A DNA stretch of 63,891 nucleotides, filler included, from Reticulomyxa filosa (GCA_000512085.1; 21 parts of 21 records of this genome joined end to end with filler, not necessarily neighbours in it), one strand, 5' to 3'; positions 34,221 to 48,405 are shown, numbered from the whole stretch's first letter. Made by a program: numbers and translations. The notes: generated by a model from the sequence alone, not told the origin.

Positions 34221-35365
34221 ATTAATGATTTGTAAAGTTTTTTTTTTTTTTTAAGCTCTTGGTTTCTTTTTGAATTGAATTGATTGAAATTTTGGATGGA
34301 ATGAATCTCTTTTATTTCGCAAAAATGTTCGCAAAGTCATTTTCTAAAATTCTTTTGCCAAAAAAGATTTTTGAATGCATCAAGAAAACAACTTTGCTCA
34401 ATAAACTTTTTTTCTCAGTCATTGAAAATTTATCAATGGAGCAAAAGTGAAGGAAAATTAATTTACTTGAGATACTAAGAACAAAACCAACATATGATGA
34501 CATTTCAAAGAGTNNNNNNNNNNNNNNNNNNNNNNNNNNNNNNNNNNNNNNNNNNNNTTAATTAATTAANNNNNNNNNNNNNNNNNNNNNNNNNNNNNNN
34601 NNNNNNNNNNNNNATTTTTTTGCAATATACGTATTACAACTGTCTGGTGCAAAGTAGCTGATTTCACTCTAACTACACTTGTGGCTCAAATGTAATATTA
34701 TCTATGTTATTGTTTGTTTATGTAATATTTGATCAAGTGAGTGTCTAATATATCCAACGGACATAAAAATGAGAAATTCTCTTTATCATATATAAAGCAA
34801 TTTTGTTCCTTTCATATTGCAATATTTTTCAACTCCAAAATTTGATTAAAGAAAATTTGCTTGCAAAAACTGAATTGTCTGAAATCTTTTGCTCTTTGCT
34901 GGATAGCAACAGAAGAATATCTGAAAATCTTTTTAAACAAAATTTTTGTGTTCTTAAATCAGTGTCAACATTTGCGTAAGTTGAAATTAAACTCCACATA
35001 AATTTTTTTATTAATAAAAGTGAAAATGTTTTTTTGAAACAAACTAATACAACAAAGAAATGAGTTTTTTTGAAAGAGAAGCAAACATTTAGCATCTGAT
35101 CCTTTGTACAAGCCAAGAGAATCACGGATCATAAGTTCTTGTTGTTCACATCATCTTATTTACTTTTTTTGCTATCTCTCTGTACACATATATATTCTTA
35201 ATGCTTAATTGAATGAAGAAAATCGCTTATTTTTAAGAGTTGCACTTAAGTATCATTTTTTTTGGTATTGTAATGTTTCTACCGTTTCTTTGGTAAGAGA
35301 GTGAAAAGTAGAGGAAGGAAAGAGTTTGCAAAAATTTCTTGAAAGCTTGTCAAATAAGTGAAGAC

Positions 35366-36631
35366 ATGGCCATGGATGAAATGAAAAACAAGCTCAAAAC
35401 AATGCCTATCTTTCGGAAACGTTTGAATTCTCCCACAGACATACACTTAAAAAAAGTGGAATCTTCTAACAAAGGAGGACAACGAAGAACCTCCATGGGA
35501 CACAATAGTAGAGCTAACGGACTTGTGTAACAACGACCTGAACTTGTCGAAGAAAATAATATCGTATCTGCGAAAGATAACTCAGCGGAGCATTGAGAAG
35601 TCGTTGGACAATCCGTGTTTAAAAAATTGTTTGATAGTGATCGACTCATTGGTAAGAAACGGTAATGACAACTTGATCAGTTGTGTGCATCAGCAGTATT
35701 TACGAGTGTTATACAAATATTTGCTACTCACAAAAGAGGCCCTAGTGGATGACAAAGACAAATCATTGCTATGGGCAGGTAAGAGAAAGACATGTCAAGA
35801 CATTGCATTGGAGCTGATACTATTGTGGGCATTCGGAATGGATCAAATTAAATATCCACAATTTAAACAAATTTACTTTAAATTATCAGTTCAATGCGAA
35901 TATCACAAATGGGGGTACCCCCTTTTTTCAAAAAAAAAAACAACTTTTTTTTTTTGTGTGTATGGTTTTTGTTTGTCACAATTACACTCAGTCCGAAGGA
36001 CTACCTTTTTTCAAAAGTTGACAAAAGTCAATTGGTTCCCATTGGCGAATCGCATGGGATAAGTATTTACAAAAACAAAGACAAACAAAACAACACCGAT
36101 AATACGTCGACAACGACGACGAACAAACCACCTGAGCCCCAAAAACAGGAGGAGGAAAAAGAAAGAGACAATTCATCCCCTTGGACTGCACGAGGCTTAC
36201 AATTTGGTGTGTGGTACAAAAAAAAATTAAAAGAAGACTTAAAAGTCTTGGCCGATATGATTTGTATGGCACAAGATGTCATTGCGATGCAAGTTTGTGT
36301 ATTTTATGTTATTCCAAAAAAAAAACTTGAAGATTTTTTTTTAAAAAAAAAATTCCTCCCCCCCCCCCTCTTTCCTGCTCTTTCAAAAAAAAAAAAAAAA
36401 AGAAATGTCGAGGACATTGAACAAATTCACGCGGAATTGCGAGAGACATTAAACCGCATTGTTTGTATCGCATTGCGTGCTGAAAACCCTGGAGCTTGTC
36501 AAACCTTAATGCAATGGATTGTGATCATCAGTGGCCTAATTGATTGTTGCAACAAACTGAAAAAAGGGGAAAGGGTTACCGTGCCTGGTGTCACTAGACA
36601 TCATTTGCAGATTTTAATTGACTGTTTGTGA
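35366..36631 (+). CDS. VHS-domain (TOM1-like) protein with a possible GAT-like helical C-terminus
   Basis: PWDTIVELTDLCN…CLIVIDSLVRNG…ALELILLWA…FKQIYFKL fits the VHS pattern. Two introns and one homopolymer frameshift near 35455. Confidence 0.65.
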
Positions 36632-37832
36632 GGAAAATTGTTTCGTTTTTTTAACTTTTTTGACTTTTTCTTTTTTTTTTTTTTTNNNNNNNNNNNNNNN
36701 NNNNNNNNNNNNNNNNNNNNNNNNNNNNNTTAATTAATTAANNNNNNNNNNNNNNNNNNNNNNNNNNNNNNNNNNNNNNNNNNNNTATGTTTTAGGCGTT
36801 CAGTTTTCTTTGCAACCTACTGTAGATGATGAAATATAAAAAACGTTTATCAAAACTGAGTTATCTCAATAAAATAATTATTTCAAATTGTTTGATACTT
36901 ACTGTTCGAAAAGTAAAACTATTTGTATAATAAAAACTTAAATTTTCCAAAATCGAATTGTAAAGTATGATTCTTTAATTCATTTAAAATATCGAAACAC
37001 ACTCTATTTTGTAAGATATACAACACAAGTTTTGATGTTTTATTTTCTCTGGGAAAGAATTATTTTTTAAAATGTAATAACCAGCAAAAGAACAAACAGC
37101 TAAATTTTTCAAGATATTATCCATAGGTTTGCTATGTTGACCAATTTTTGAATAGAAGTAGATAAATTACATATTCAACAATATGCAATACTTATTAATC
37201 AAATTGGATTTGACACATACTGTAGAAGAAATATATTCTATGGAAAATATACTTTGATTTCTTTTATTTGGATTCCACCAAAAATTATTTTTAAAGAGGA
37301 GTTTGCACGATATTAAAATCAAATGAAAAATATATCTTTTAAGGGTAATGCCAAGTCAATCAACACAATTAAAAATGATTCCACGTTTTCCAGTTCTCGT
37401 TGGTAACCAATTAATAAAATCATTTAATGAAAATACAAGGAACAAGGTTTCAATTGTCAATGTTTCTAAAAAGAATAAAAATTTATCTAGATTTGATAAT
37501 AGAGCATATCTAAAACTTAATTCGTTGCAAATCAAAATTGAACATAAAAGTTTTCAATGCTATTTAAAAATTCAATTTTATCTTTTTAATCAAATTATCA
37601 TTTCATCAATTTCACATTCCATATTAATTTCAAATAAATTGTTTGGAAGATGTTCTGTTAAATGTTGGTGAATTAAAGAATATGGAACAACTTTTGAAAT
37701 ATCATACTTAATCATCCAACAACAAAATAAATAAAACAAAGTAAAACTGTGCAACTCAAAATAAAATTTTTTTTCAAAATACGTTTTGATTCGAATAATC
37801 TTTATTTAAACTTTAAACAAATCAGCATACAT

Positions 37833-38022
37833 TTACAAATTCTTTAATTTTGTCATTATCCCTTGTGTCTTTTGATGATTTTCACCAAATTTTTGAGTAT
37901 AAATCGACAACACATTTTCATAACACTTCTTTGCCTCTATTTTGTTACCTTTTTTACAATTGATATCCCCTAAAATACTATATGTATTACCAACATCTGG
38001 ATGATTAGAATCCAATTTCTTC
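37833..38022 (-). CDS. C-terminal end of a TPR-repeat protein (kinesin-light-chain-type 42-aa TPR)
   Basis: NHPDVGNTYSILG…EAKKCYENVLSIY…FGENH. Confidence 0.8.
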
Positions 38023-38599
38023 NNNNNNNNNNNNNNNNNNNNNNNNNNNNNNNNNNNNNNNNNNNNTTAATTAATTAANNNNNNNNNNNNNNNNNNNNNN
38101 NNNNNNNNNNNNNNNNNNNNNNATGAGGACATGAGCTTATTGAATGGAAAATGTTTTATTTGTAAAGTCGTTGCAACATAACTTTCAGTTTCCTTAAGAA
38201 TACTGTCTATTTTATCTGACACTTGAACTTTAAAATGCGATATTTGTATTCAAATAGCAATAGTATTCATAATATCGAAAATTATTTGTACATTGTGCTG
38301 ATTTCTTTCACATCAAGCAAAATAAAAGATTTATACACTACAATGACAACATAGTAAAGATTGATATATTTTTGAGATAGTGTTTGATTGAGAGACTCAT
38401 TGATGTAAATCTTTTCATCATGAAATGAGTATTTCTTATGTGGCAGTGCATTCTATCGGTATATGTTTCAATTTTGATTGTAATTATATCTTTATTCAAG
38501 TTTATGCTTGTGATTATGATGATTGTGATGATTATGATTATAGTTGTGATTGTAATTGAAACGATAAATAGCATGGTTGTTGGACACTTCATTGTCTAA

Positions 38600-39900
38600 A
38601 TTATTATTTGAAGGATTCAAGGACGCAAGAGGTACTTCCATGTTTTGAGGGATATATAATCGAGTGGACGATTCTGTCTACTGTTCCCATTGCCTTTGCA
38701 ATAGTCAATGGTAAGTACAAATCACACAATCAAAACCAAGAAAATTACTTGTGTATTTGGCTGTTTCGGTTTGTAGTAATTACATACATAGTGTAGACTC
38801 AAAGGGGGCGAAAAAGACCAAGTGATTAACTGGGGTTGGTGGACATTTTCCACGTTCCATTGGTAATGCTGATAAGCGGACTGACAAATTGGTTTGGAAG
38901 ATTGATGTGGATATGTTCTTGTGCTTCTGTTGGGGACCTTCGAATGTGCATTTTCGACGCATTGATTTCGCCATTCATCATAGTGACAGACAGCTTTATC
39001 AATGATTCGCTCTTTTCATCGGTCAATTTTGGTATATTTGCACTTGTTACATTCGTTGAAAGAGATGTCATTGTTATTGCTATGATCGCTGCTATTGCCA
39101 TTGATAGTGGTGCCCGTGCTGGTGCTGTTGTTAGTATCATTGACAAGTTGAAAAGGGAAAAATAACGCTCTTTGTTGTTGTATGAGATGTAAATTTAAAT
39201 GTGAATAAAAGATTGGGGTAATTTGGAAAAAGTATTGTGATAGTTGACGTTTGTTGTGGTGTAGCAACAAAACGCAGATAGTGGTAATCATGGACGCTAC
39301 AGACGTAGTTAGTGACAGCAACTTGCCCCTCTTCGGTACAAAGCATACAATGGTGTCATCTTTCGCTTGTCGTCTTCCACGTTCTTGCAAATGTTGAGAT
39401 TGGTCCGCAAAAATGGTGACAAATTGTGGAAAAAAAAAGTCTCGTTGCTGATGTGTCTCGAGCCAATGCAAAACTAAGTCAATATCCGAAGACTCAAAGT
39501 AAACACCTAATTCGTAGGAACCATGGCAACACACATATGCTCTCTGTCTGCTCATCGTTCATTCATCCTTTCCATTCACAAAAGCCATTTTCTCAATATC
39601 CGCTATCACGCGAATGCGCTTTGTTATCTTCATGCAAAAGGGTTCAATTTTCATCGGATCAATGCTACATTGCGATGCGTGCGTACTGACAGGATGCTCT
39701 TTTATTCAAACGATTGATGGTTCCAATTTTCCCTTACGCTGGTAGAGACACAAGTCAACGGCTCACAATTCAAGTCATTGCCACGGTGTTCTGTATCTCA
39801 GTTCTTGTAAGAATTATCTGACGATTGTTGAGTGCGGTCATTGTTGTTTTCATGATGCTTTTCGTTGATCTCTTCATTTGCATCTTCATCATTACCACCC
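38600..39900 (-). pseudogene. Degenerate poly(A) polymerase-like nucleotidyltransferase
   Basis: HGSYELGVYFESSDIDLV matches the Pol-beta GS-x-DxD motif of PAP (GSYxLGV…DID). The same frame has in-frame stops just upstream. Boundaries are approximate. Confidence 0.55.
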
Positions 39901-41629
39901 TTATGTCGTGTTTGTCAATGCCATCACCGTTTTTGTTTATTGCCATCGTTACTATGAGTACCAAGTATTTGATGTAAAGAAGCAGAAAGAAGGAGCCAAA
40001 TGTGTGGAATCGCCAACGCAAATTTGCTTACAAAAATTGTTCGTGTATTTTTCCGATTTATTTGTCGGTGATACTATTTCAAAAAATGCAAAATAAAATA
40101 TTTTTAATTAAAAAAAATCAAAGAGTAAATTCAAACCAATCGACAAACAACAAACAAAAAAACTTTAAACAGAAAAAGTTTTGATTAAAAAAATAGCAAC
40201 AATCAGGGCAAAACAATTTGTAAAAGGAAAAAAGATATGATGGACACACAAGGCGCACACAAAACGAACACACAATGATCTGTTTTGTTATTGTCTGTTT
40301 GTATTGATGAAAAATCACTTTAATCTTTCAAATAATACTTTTTAGTTTAATTTTGTAAGAGCGATACGAGCAGAGCGCTATGTGCAATAATTTTTTGATG
40401 ACATCAAGCAGCTTGGAAAANNNNNNNNNNNNNNNNNNNNNNNNNNNNNNNNNNNNNNNNNNNNTTAATTAATTAANNNNNNNNNNNNNNNNNNNNNNNN
40501 NNNNNNNNNNNNNNNNNNNNAATTATGAAAGATTTAATAAAAAACCAAAATGATATTTAAAAAGCATACGATTTTTTGAAAATTTTCTAGAAAGAGATTA
40601 TGTCTAAATGTTGTTTTTTCATGTAGAAAATCAATCATGTATATAATGTGCCGTTTTATGTGTCAAATTTATTTTGTATTCTAATGTATTAAGTGTACTA
40701 TGTTGTATGTTTATTACAAAATTTAGACACTCGTTCATGCAAATAACAAAGAAAGTCATTTCGTGAATATTCATTCCAACAAATTTGTGTTTTTTAGGTC
40801 AGCTAATTCTAATATAATTTTATGCAAAAATAATGTTAAAAAACGATTATGAAATTGCTATATGAATAATTTCATTTGGAATATCAACAAAGTGTTTCTA
40901 AAAAAGTGTAGTTCTATTTATTTATTTTTATCTTTCTTTTAAATTATGATTACTTTTGTTCATATCCAATAGTAAAAAAATGTTTACTGTATCATATTTA
41001 TATAAATGTACATCAATAAGTTCCATCACAGTTGAAATAATGTTAAAAGTTTAGTTTATGGAGCTATGAAAGAAGATAAATGTGCGAAAAAGCTTTTGTT
41101 TTTTACTTGCGAACGTACATGTTAGTTTTCTACTCGCTTCGTTTTTTGTTTTGATGTTGTACATTATCATTTTTTATTTCGATGCTTGCAATTATAATCC
41201 CAGAAAAGATCTGGGCATTGTTAAGAGTTGTCTTGTTGATTTGCATTATTCCTATTTTATTGTTTTTGGTTTTCGCCATTTCTTTCAGCTTTTGAAATTT
41301 GTATTATTTTTTTCCAAATACATCCGATTTGTTTTCTTTAGAGTATGAGCATAAGGAAGATTGATTCATGCACTGTACAAATCAAATTCTAATTGGCCTG
41401 TTACTGTTATCAGTAGACTTTACAAACCTCAGCAAATGAGCATTATTCTGCAAAGTTTTGATGAGTGGACCGTATACAAACCGAACGAAAAGTATGAAGA
41501 AGTGGGTTACAAGAACAAGTAAAAAAAAANNNNNNNNNNNNNNNNNNNNNNNNNNNNNNNNNNNNNNNNNNNNTTAATTAATTAANNNNNNNNNNNNNNN
41601 NNNNNNNNNNNNNNNNNNNNNNNNNNNNN

Positions 41630-44173
41630 TATTTGGTGACTTCCTTGCGACATGTGAATTCCACAATGCAAGAAACATTGTGGAAATGTCCATTGGAAGA
41701 TATGACCAACTTGGCCAAAGCCATATTGAAATTACATCTCAAAGGCCAAGAGTTTGTCAAAATGATAAGAAAATGTTGTGATATGGACTTAAATACAATT
41801 TCTACTATGGTCAACAAGGCAGACAAAATTTGGACAAGTTTGAAACAATTGAAAGATGCAATGACCGTTGGAGAATGGCAATTTGCAAGTTGTGAGGATG
41901 CATTGCAAGGAAAGAAAGAAAAAAAATTGATTTTGAAAATAGCTAATATCGTTTGGAGTTGTGAGGAAATTGAAGAAAATATTGATCGTGTATTGCTTGG
42001 AGTAGAAAAACAAGAGTTGGAAAACATCGAACCTGTCATCCGACAATTTGAAGAGTGCAAGAAGATTAGTTCATATCGAATTAAATTTTGGAAAAAGGAA
42101 GGAAGAATTGATATTGAAAATAATAAAAAAGGAGGAAATCAAGATAATGATAAACCATTGAAATTACCTGTGTGTTCGCAAATGTATGAATTTGAAAGAT
42201 GCAAACAATTTTGGAAACAACGACTTATTCAATGGAAAAAACAATGTCTCAAATTACGAGAAAAATTTCCTGCACTCAATTATTTCTGTTTCAATGAAAT
42301 ACACTATTTAATTCATCAATTTAACACTTTACTTTCACCCAGCTGTCATAATCGTCCATTTCAAGCATTTAAATCTATTAAATCATTTCTTCAAAAAATT
42401 AATTGTCAAATCACTGATCAAGATGTCGATAAGGTATTACAAGAATGGCAAGATTTGAAGGCATTGACCAATTCCAAGATTTGGAAAAGTCGCAATGCAT
42501 CAGATGTTGACAGTGATGAGGATTATGAAGAGCACATTGCAGACGTTGGAACAATTTTGCATTCAGTGTGGCACGCATCTAAACACAATTGTGTTATTGA
42601 AAATGTTTTTCCTGTTGGATTACATGCTGGAAAACCTAATTTGATCCTTTTTCAGAATAAACCGCTATTGTCTGAAGTACTTGTCTTATTTGAATTGCAG
42701 AAGTATATTCCACGGGCGGAACATATTCTGATTTGTAATAAAAATACAACTGAAGAAGAAGTAATATGTTTGATATTTCGGGCGATCACCAATGATAAGC
42801 GCATAAAAATGGCAATAACAACAAAAATGGATTGGAATTCAGCGAAGCCATTGTACTGTTTAGTGTATCCAGAAAATTTGACACTGTCAACACTAAAGCA
42901 AGTTTGTCACGTTGTACAAGATTTATTGTTGAATAGCGTTCAAGTAAAAAACTAAGTCACTGCCTTTACATGTTTGTTGTCATGTCCTGTGATTCCGATA
43001 ATCCTTTATGTAAAATTTTGGAACCGTTCCATGTTTCACTTTCGAATATATCAGTCCAAAGTATTCCCAAACAAATGCTGTCTGAACTTTATCGTAACCC
43101 ATGGACCAATAGTCAGAAGCATGACATTGGCACAGAGCCACCATGGATACAGTTGTATACGTCTGAACAAGTCGCAATGGGAAAAAGTACACTTATTCAA
43201 AGAGATATTCAAAGTATTCGAAAGAAACATCAAAAAAAACAGTCCATGAAATTTGTGTTGCATTTAATAGTAAAGATATTGATTGGGATCAGATTATGAA
43301 TAGATTTTGGAGTTATCATCCTTGCTCCAATGATTCAAAAGGTGCAGACATTGACGAAAAAAATACATTGATTATTTATCATTTAAATATTTCATCTTGC
43401 GTTTCAAAACAAATGAATGATTTTTTATTTGAATTGTTATTTTTGCAACACATTAATTCCAATTCTCGAACAACTCAATGTTTCCATGTCAATTCCAATA
43501 TGATATTTTTAATCGAAATTCCTTCGACTTTGGATGAATTAAATTCCACTTTATCATTCAAACAATTCTTTTATTTACTCTTTTCCACTGTCCAATTTCC
43601 TACAGTTCAAGTATCGAATCAGAATAATGAATTTGTATTTGAAAAGGAGGCACAATATACTATTAAATGGATGCAAGAATTTTACAATGGAAATTTAAAG
43701 TTATCTTCAAATCCATTATTTTATAATTTTTTTACAAGCAATATTTAATGTATGTTGTAATGCGTTCTTTAAAAAAAAGGAAAAGAGTTATCGATCCTGA
43801 TGCCATGGCTAATCTTGAAAAGGACAAAATGAAGAGATTTATGGAAAAATACTTTAAGGACATAAGCAGATCAAATCCAGCTCACCAACTCTCATTTTTT
43901 AAATATTTGTACCAACAATTAATACCACTGAAGAATAAATTTTTTGAAACAGATCCAAAATCAGCCCAATGGAAACACGATATCACAAATTCAGTGATTG
44001 AAATGGCTAAAATGTTGTGCTGTCGTCAATATAATAACATAAAATTGAATGTGGAAGAAAAAGAACAAAAAATCGAAAGTACAGGACAAGAAGAGTTTTA
44101 TTTGTGTGAAAAATGGCATAATTCCAAAGAATGTTGTTACTTGGTCAATCAAGATGGAGGTTAATTATTTGTT
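41630..44173 (+). CDS. Second RNF213/mysterin-like paralogue, internal fragment entering the AAA region
   Basis: Collinear with 8362-9436. It continues with IPRAEHILICNKNTTEEEV, LYCLVYPENL, Walker-A-like VAMGKST (~43171-43190), IIYHLNISS…FLFELLFL and FLIEIP. Two frameshifts at A-runs. Confidence 0.72.
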
Positions 44174-44273
44174 NNNNNNNNNNNNNNNNNNNNNNNNNNN
44201 NNNNNNNNNNNNNNNNNTTAATTAATTAANNNNNNNNNNNNNNNNNNNNNNNNNNNNNNNNNNNNNNNNNNNN

Positions 44274-45223
44274 GGTGGTGGTGGTGGTGGAAAAGCATCC
44301 CCCAATCCAGCCGGTGCGGCCAATCCTTCTCAACCTCAAGCACAGCGATCCAAATCGCCTTCTCAAGCGGAAGGTCCAAAAGCAGATCCTAAAGCTCAGC
44401 CTGCAAATAATGCAGGTATGCCAATGGCAGGGGCAATGGGAGGTGCTATGGCAAACCCTATGCTAATGAATCCAATGATGATGCAAGCCGGTATGATGTC
44501 GCAAATGGGTAATATGGGTATGAAAAACCCAATGATGCAGAACCAAATGATGCAGAATCAAATGATGCAAAACCAAATGATGCAAAATCCAATGATGCAA
44601 AACCAAATGATGCAAAATCAAATGCTACAGAACCAAATGCTTCAAAACCAAATGCTTCAAAAACAAATGATGTCTAACCAAGCGAAGTCGGATCAAGCGA
44701 AATCGAATCAAGCAACACCAAACCAAATGATGCAAAACCAGATGATGATGCAAAATCAAATGATGATGCAAAACCCGATGCTGCAAAACCAAATAATGCA
44801 AAATCAAATGCTCCAAAAGCAATTGCTGCAAAGACAAATGTTACAAAATCAAATGATGTCACCCATGAATGCAGGCGGAGCGGCGCCCTCGGCTATGCAA
44901 GCTCAAATGTCTTTAAATTCACCTTCGGCGTCTTCTCAAAAGCAACCTCAAGCAGCAGCAGGAGTTAAAGCAGAAGCTCAAGACATTGACGCTACTATGA
45001 TGCTTGCTATTGCGCAGTCACAAAAAGAGGCTGGTGGAGCTGACAATGATCAAGCACGCGGGCAAAGTTACTTTTTCAAAAAAAGCAACTTATCTATCAA
45101 TACACAGATAAACAATCTATACATTTTCTTCAATTGCTTTATCTTTTTTTTTTGCTATTCATCAATGCGTCACATTGAACAGGGGGAATGAGTGTTGAAG
45201 GACCAGGACAAGAAGGAGTATAA
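44274..45223 (+). CDS. C-terminus of a Gln/Met/Asn-rich protein with an (NQMMQ)n repeat and a UIM-like motif
   Basis: ORF 44418-45191. DIDATMMLAIAQSQKEA resembles a ubiquitin-interacting motif. The likely last exon ends at TAA 45223. Confidence 0.65.
44526..44858 (+). repeat. Coding 15-nt tandem repeat (AAYCAAATGATGCAR) in two blocks
   Basis: Read directly. Encodes NQMMQ/NPMMQ/NQMLQ pentapeptides. Confidence 0.9.
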
Positions 45224-45931
45224 AAGAAAAGAGCAAATTTAAATTTAAATCGGAAGGGGATAATTAAAGCGATGGAATGAGTTGGAGGGACAATGTACAT
45301 ACAAATCACCAGGTCTTGAAAGGAAGACAGTGTAGAAACGTTGTTTTTAACATGGAAAAATTTTCAATAACTTGAAATAATCTCATTTTTTTTGTCTTTT
45401 TTGACACAAAAGAGTGAAAATAGCAGTAAACTTTGCTGCACAGCTACCATCGCTAACATGTATTTTTTTCGATTGGACATAAAAAAAGGTATTGATTTAA
45501 TGCACTCTACAAAAAAAAGAATCGTATAAATAAATTCGTTAGCTTGTCACGCGATATACTGATTTCTATTTTGAGCTAGTTGAAAGATTGTTTTGACAGA
45601 AAATGAATTAATCAAACAATTGAAAATATCTTGTCATAAAACTTCACAAGATGTGTCATTAGAACAAATAATAATTCAATAAAAAATTGTATTTTTGTGG
45701 TTCTGAAGTTTGATTTATTCAAGTTCGCCAACGTTCATAGTATTGTTGTCCAAACGGCCCCTTTTTTCTTCTGTTCTTTCACTNNNNNNNNNNNNNNNNN
45801 NNNNNNNNNNNNNNNNNNNNNNNNNNNTTAATTAATTAANNNNNNNNNNNNNNNNNNNNNNNNNNNNNNNNNNNNNNNNNNNNAAAAAAAAAAAAAAAAG
45901 GGGGGGGGGGGGGGGAAAGGGACAACAGTAA

Positions 45932-47325
45932 TTGAATGTTAACAAAATAATAAATACGGCAACGACACAGACATCCAAAGAGCCATTGCATGCCTGGATA
46001 CAAGCCGACACTCCCGAAAAACTGAAAAGCGGGGTGGCAAAGATTAAGGCACTTATCGAGCAAGCCACCACCGGACAAATGGATGCATTGGAGATACGAG
46101 AGCACGACTACGGAGATCACATTGACATTGAAATCCCAAATTCTCAATTGGGTGTTGTTATTGGCAAGTTTAATATATATATACATATATGTGTATATAA
46201 TTTATATTATATATGTATACATTTACTTGTTACAAAAAAAAAAAAAGAGGGGAAGCCAATATTCGACGAATTGAAGAATTAACAGGCGCGTCGGTGGCAG
46301 TGAGTCCTCACAATGTGCCAAAGAAACCCAAATATGAAAATGATAACCATCCAAGGAAGCATTGCGCAAATGACGGCAGCAAGGGACGAAATTGTGCGCT
46401 GTGTGCAAGAAATGTCTCGCTATCGACAGAAAGAAGTCGAGCGACAGCACGATAAGAAACGTTCGTATAATGGTCCGTCTTTTGTCCCTGCTTCTTCGTC
46501 TTCTTCTTCTTCTTCTTCTTCTTATTCCACATCTTCGTCGTCATTCGGTCATATCAATGACATGGACAATGTCAATTCGTTTCCTTACTTTCACTCGTCT
46601 GCTCAATCGCCTTCGTCCTTATCAATGTATGAACGACAACAACAACAGCAGCAGCAAAAGTTTGAACCTCCTCCTATTCCAAATCCAACGCGATTTAACA
46701 GTGGGGGCTTGCCCGGAGGCCAAATGGGCCTGATGCAAGGCCCGGTGCAGCCGTCGTTGCCCCAATACGAGGAGGCCTTGCAGCCGCCTATTCGCTCGGG
46801 TACCACCGAAAGTGGGTACATTGAAGTCGAGATACCGAGCGACATTGTCGGCCTGGTCATTGGCAAGTCGGCAAGCAATGTCAAGGCAATGAAGGACCGC
46901 ACGCGCTGCGACATTCGCGTTCAGAAGGACGAAGACGCCGCTCCTGACTCGAAAGTGCGCTTAGTGGCTCTGCGAGGGTCTATCGACTCGGTCAAAGCTG
47001 CTCGAAATGAATTGGCCAAAGTCATTCATGTTTCGGCAATTCTAACACTCAATTTTTTTTTTTTTTGCAAAACACATTATACACATACAAATATAAAATA
47101 TATACATATATTTTATATATGCATACATGTATATGTATATACGTTTATTGTGTATCAATTATATGCCAAACCGAGATAGACGAAAACCAATGCTGTCGTT
47201 CAAAGTCAGTCCAATGTGCTGCTGCCACAATATCCTCCAATGATGTATGGATATCCTCAAATGCCTGATATGTATGCCAGACAACAACCACAATCACAGT
47301 CACAGTCACAGCCACAATTGCAATC

Positions 47326-47364
<39 letters not shown>

Positions 47365-47379
47365 GCAACAACAGCAATC
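45932..47379 (+). CDS. Multi-KH-domain RNA-binding protein (FUBP-like) fragment with polyQ
   Basis: IEIPNSQLGVVIGK|GEANIRRIEELTGASV and VEIPSDIVGLVIGKSASNVKAMKDRTRCDIRV. A (CAA)n tract lies at the contig end. Confidence 0.85.
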
Positions 47380-47479
47380 NNNNNNNNNNNNNNNNNNNNN
47401 NNNNNNNNNNNNNNNNNNNNNNNTTAATTAATTAANNNNNNNNNNNNNNNNNNNNNNNNNNNNNNNNNNNNNNNNNNNN

Positions 47480-47523
<44 letters not shown>

Positions 47524-47524
47524 G

Positions 47525-48405
47525 GCTAAATACTATAGACAATTACCGATATCTTATAAACATCCAGAGGGTGTCAAATGCGTAAAATTTTCAAGAAATG
47601 GGACAAAAATAGTGGCATCTTTTGATAATAATACTATTGGAATATTTGATGCAAACTTGAAAAATATTCGAATGTTAGAAGGTCATTCAATGTGGGTGTA
47701 TGACATAGAATTTTCACCAGACAGTAATAGCCTTTTGTCATGTTCATACGATAAAACAGTGCGACTTTGGGATGTGAGCTCTGGAAAGCAAATAAAAACA
47801 TTAGAAGGACATACAGATGCGGTATTATGTGCACAATTTTCGCCAGATGGAAGCACCATTGTTTCTGGATCATTAGATAAAACAATTCGATTGTGGGATG
47901 CAAAATCTGGAAATCAGATAAAAAAGATGCAAGGAAACACAGCTATTGTATATGATACACAATTTTCATCAAATGGTCAATTTATTGTATCCTCATTGGC
48001 GGATACAACAATTAAAATATGGGATGTACAATTAGGTGAAAAATCAAAGAGCTGAAAGGACATTCTGAGGACGTACTCAAATCACAGTTTTCTCCAGACA
48101 ATCAATTTATTGTCTCCTGTGCATTTGACAATACAATTCGAATATGGAATACAATATTAGGAATAGAGGTACAAAGATTTGAAGGACATACTGGTTGGAT
48201 AAATAATGTAAAATATCTACCAGATGGTCAAGCCATTGTATCATGTTCAAATGACAAAACAATTCGCGTGTGGGATATTAAAACAGGAGAAGAAATGCAC
48301 AGGATAGAAAAACATTCGGACTGTGTAAGAGGAATGGATATCTCATTCGATGGTCAAACCATTGTGTCATGCTGCAAAGATGGAATAATTCAACTGTGGG
48401 GATGA
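47525..48405 (+). CDS. WD40-repeat protein (same family as 2070-3236), 5'-truncated, one frameshift
   Basis: GH…FSPD…D.T.RLWD repeats. The frame shifts at an A-run near 48040 and the protein ends LWG-stop like the first copy. Confidence 0.88.

Noticed and set aside
11133-38022. Kinesin-RT, tubulin and KLC-type TPR as a clustered cytoskeletal system
   Set aside because: They lie on separate concatenated contigs, so co-occurrence in the window carries no information.
42940-48060. Programmed frameshifting at A-runs in the RNF213-like and WD40 genes
   Set aside because: The shifts coincide with homopolymers in an assembly that also breaks at homopolymers. Sequencing error or pseudogenisation is simpler.
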